Shown here piece after piece: positions 63,304-64,000 of a DNA stretch of 64,000 nucleotides. Position numbers and translations under genes: made by a program. The stretch is from Chiloscyllium plagiosum. Lineage: Eukaryota. Location: assembly GCF_004010195.1 (NCBI RefSeq), contig NC_057755.1, forward strand, positions 12,397,137 to 12,461,136, in the 5' to 3' direction. A model generated the notes under the pieces. The model was given only the letters and a program-made list of their open reading frames with translations, made no database searches and was not told the DNA's origin. How positions within the stretch are numbered: position 1 is the stretch's first letter; each line of letters starts with the position of its first letter.

Positions 63304-63830
63304 TGGCAGAGTTGATTACATACCTTGCGTCAGTTTTATGGTACAACACACTAATAGCATTCCAAAAATACGAAAGAGAGGAGGAGATAAACAAAAACTT
63401 GCATAAGAGAAAACCTACTGGGAAACTGGTGGGGCTAAAGGCTGATTGGTCTCCTGGAAATGATAGGTTGCATCCTTGGACATTTAAGGAAGTAGGTACA
63501 GAGGTAATAAGTGCGCTGGTAGTAACATTCCAAGAATCATTAGATTCTGTGAAAGCCCCAGAGGATTGGAGAACAGCAAATTAAACTGCCTTCTTAAAAA
63601 AAGGAAAGAGGCAAAAACAAAATGTGTCATTATGGAATTCTTGGTCACAGATGGTTGTAAAGATTGTATTGTTAAGTATATTGAGGACTGAGATAAATAG
63701 ATTTTTACTTAGTAAGGGAACCAAGGGTTATTGGAACAAGGCACAGAAGTGGAAATGATCAACTATGATCTCACTGAATGGCAGAGCAGACTTGATAGAC
63801 TCAAATACCTGCTTCTGTTCCTCTCTCTTA
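63304..63830 (+). mobile_element. Old CR1 fragments
   Basis: LKADWSPGNDRLHP..PEDWRTAN. Confidence 0.65.
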
Positions 63831-64000
63831 TGAACTCATTAAAAGATCCCACATGTGCGTTTCCCACCTCCTGATGTGAAATTAGATTAATGTATTGCTA
63901 CATTCCAAATTGGTACAGCATTATTGTTATTTTACACAAACGTGTATTTTATTCCTATATATCCACAGACAGTTTGTGAAATGAATGTATTGTGATTTTA

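Overview
Vertebrate genomic DNA, most likely a shark or other elasmobranch; this is inferred from HE1-type SINEs with (TAATC)n tails, esterase-ORF1 CR1 LINEs and Deu-domain SINEs. The window holds seven consecutive internal coding exons on the + strand of a 100-kDa hexokinase most similar to HKDC1. They correspond to exons 6-12, give 1248 bp (416 codons) with an intact frame, and the last ends in a GC splice donor. Most of the rest is nested retroelement sequence: many CR1 LINEs (two near full-length), at least 11 HE1 SINEs, Penelope-like elements and mini-hairpin derivatives with minimal hammerhead-ribozyme motifs and 10-16 bp TSDs, a decayed Gmr1-type gypsy element (integrase before RT), and tandem repeats. 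There is one 110-N gap. The most striking observation is a single-ORF (APE endonuclease + RT) LINE at about 60.1-63.3 kb. Its 5' UTR is a tRNA-derived Pol III head plus a Deu-like domain, and its sense strand has no TTTT run over about 3.2 kb. Short SINEs made of its head and tail occur in the same window. This is a candidate Pol III-transcribed autonomous LINE and SINE parent. All repeat family names come from motif recognition, not database searches, and repeat boundaries are approximate unless a TSD is given.
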